A program made the translations under genes and the position numbers. A model generated the notes under the pieces. The model was not told where the DNA came from. It ran no database searches and saw only the letters and a program-made list of their open reading frames with translations. From NCBI RefSeq assembly GCF_036365525.1, contig NC_090395.1:65559326-65623325 (forward strand): 64,000 nucleotides of DNA. The letters are read 5' to 3'. Source of the DNA: Heterodontus francisci (taxonomy: Eukaryota). Positions 61,917 through 64,000 of the stretch are shown here, one piece after another; within the stretch, counting starts at the first letter, position 1, and each line of letters starts with the position of its first letter.

Positions 61917-62469
61917 CAGAAAATAGGAGCAGGAGTAGGGCATTCAGCCCTTCGAGCCTGCACCACCATTCAATACGATCATGGCTGATCATACAAACTC
62001 AGTACCCTGTTCCCACTTTCTTCCCATATACCTTGATTCCTTTAGCCCTAAGAACTATATCTAACTCTTTCTTGAATATATTTAATGATTTGGCCTCAAC
62101 TGCTTTCTGTGGTAGAGAATTCCACAGGTTCACCACTCTCTGGGTGAAGAAATCTCTCCTCATTTCAGTCCTAAGTGGCTTATTCCTTATCCTTAGACTG
62201 TGATCCCTGGTCCTGGACTCCCCCGCCATCGGGAACATCCTTCCTGCATCTAGTCTGTCCAGTCCTGTTAGAATTTTGTAGGTTTCTATGAGATCCCCTC
62301 TCACTCTTCTAAACTCTAGCGAATACAAGCCTAATCGACCCAATCTCTCTTCATACGTCAGTCCTGCCATCCCAGGAATCAGTCTGGTAAACCTTCGTTG
62401 CACTCCCTCCATAGCAAGAACATCCTTCCTCAGATAAGGAGACCAAAACTGCACACAATACTCCAGGTG
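61917..62469 (-). mobile_element. CR1 3' fragment inserted in Gypsy gag
   Basis: ORF 61999-62454 (QFWSPYLRKD..RRVRGDLIETYK); TSD TGAAGCTTA 61908-61916 / TGAAGTTTA 62470-62478. Confidence 0.88.
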
Positions 62470-62897
62470 TGAAGTTTATCGTCAGAAGTTTCGGAACTTA
62501 TAGAGATTGGCTGGGCAGACATATGTAGAATTTGAGAGGGTGAAGCAAATTCATTTTGATCGTTGAATACTGGCATTAAAGATGAAAATCACGTATGAGA
62601 ACCTTTGAGAATTGATTCTCTTGGAAGAGTTTAAAAATTCAATCCCTTTGGTAATGAGAACTCATGTAGATAACCTGAAAGTTTTGAAAGCTAGACAAGC
62701 AGCAGAAATTGCTAATGATTTTGAGCTTGGGTATCAGACAGTTAAAATTTTCAGCCCACCACCTGCAGACACAGGGAGCTTTAGAGAGATACCACCAAAC
62801 TCTCAAAACAATGATTAGAGCATACTGTCATGAATATCTGCATGACGGGGACTAAACTTGCTTTTATTTGTCAGCAGAGAGTCACCAAATGAGTCTA

Positions 62898-64000
62898 TGC
62901 CCAGAATCGTATGCCCCCCCAAAAGAGCGGGATGGTGGTGGGGTGGGGGGGTTGTAAAATGTAGTGGGAGGCTCATGGGGCCCTTCCCGACCCACTCCCA
63001 CCTCTGCTGCCACTTTATGCAGGGCGGCGGCAGCAAAAAACGGCCCGCCTGCCCCAGGTCAATCAAAGGCTTTGAGTGGCTAGGTAACAGCCACTTAAGG
63101 GCCTCTGCCCACCGCCATGGAGATTTTACCCTTGGCTGGTGGGCGGACAAATCCGAGAAAAGCCACCTGTTAAAAGTAGGTGAATTTCCGACACCCTGTG
63201 CCCGATGGAGGGCTGCCCCTGATGCCCCAACCACCCCCAAGCCCAACACGCACCCTGTCCCCCAATCGACCACTCTTGCCTCACCAAGGCTTGACCAAAT
63301 GTCCCTGGCTATGCCCCAAAAACTTACCCGGTCTCCGGGGCTCCCTGACATCTTCCTTCTTCAGCTGGCACTGCTGGGACAGAGAGCTGGCGGCCCACTG
63401 ATTGGCCAGCAGCTCCATCAGACCAATTAAAGGCCTGGGGACTGCAAAATGTGGTCCAGATCCCCAGGCCAGGCGGAGGTGATTTCGCCACCGACTTTTC
63501 AGTCGGTGGACGGCTCCTGTCCTCTGAGGGTAAAGTTCTGGCCTATCTAGTTGAGGGAGGCGACATAGAGGCAGGGGCTTATTGCTGGCTGCAAAGGGAG
63601 GCCATCAGGAGAGGCAGCACCGACTGCCAGGCAGGGTGGAGAAGGGAGGGCATTATCTGAGGATTGGGGGCAAAGGTACCAGCACTGCAGAGTGCCATAT
63701 GGGGGGGGGGAGGGGCAATGGGCAGGTGGTGACATGTGGGGGGAGAAGGGGAGGTGTTGGTAGTGAAGGCCTTAAAGTTAGGGAGTGGCCACCTATCATG
63801 GGCGTCATTCATCCAGACTTCGGGCACCTCATTGAAGAGGAGGTGGAGCAGAGCAGGAGTGAGGTCCAGGCACCAGCAGAGGCACTGCAACAACTTGTGA
63901 GCCCACAAGAGGGTCAGTAGCAGCCTCCAGGTGGTGGAGAAGGACATAGAGGGGAAAGCCAGCAGCCTCCTCTGCACAGAAGAAGTTACCCTCTAGAGGG
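62898..64000. mobile_element. GC-rich Harbinger-like non-autonomous repeats (62898-63544 and 63545-64000)
   Basis: GCCCAGAATCGTA...TAAAGTTCTGGCC ends; the second part is the inverted relative of 42635-43065. Confidence 0.55.

Larger units (their letters stand above)
59737..62730 (+). mobile_element. Gypsy LTR retrotransposon remnant: 5' LTR 59737-61102, degenerate PBS, decayed gag
   Basis: LTR termini TGTCATG...CATAACA; start coincides with loss of homology to the gene A intron (GCACTTC|); TGGGGGCT..GGGAT at 61110-61130 resembles a tRNA-Pro PBS; gag LPKFEERDVEAFF..W..LLMQSRLMGRA..YELVPEAY/RQKFR..LILLEEFKNSIP (Gmr1/SCAN-like capsid). Confidence 0.82.

Overview
Repeat-dense vertebrate DNA. HE1-type V-SINEs, SacSINE/DeuSINE remnants and esterase-ORF1 CR1 LINEs point to a shark or ray. 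Two tandem minus-strand paralogues of a CD300/pIgR-like immunoglobulin-superfamily receptor are visible. Gene B shows V, C2, stalk and Arg-containing TM exons in compatible phases (50677-59573); its leader exon lies beyond the right edge. Gene A shows a leader exon (36979-37015) and a V exon (7400-7714) separated by a ~29.3 kb intron. Most of that intron is one insertion (9082-35915, ATGA duplication): a CR1 LINE with both ORFs open whose 5' end is ~140 tandem copies of a 162-bp monomer (22.7 kb). In the sense orientation of both the LINE and the host gene, each monomer carries an acceptor-like site, two donor-like sites and TATA/GC-box-like motifs, and the array has 7-, 8- and 16-mer higher-order duplications. 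The rest includes other CR1 and RTE fragments, a decayed two-gene PIF/Harbinger element, a 9-bp-TSD MULE-like element with an NRF1/CRE hairpin, a Gypsy LTR-gag remnant and one N gap. All calls were made by eye; no searches were run.
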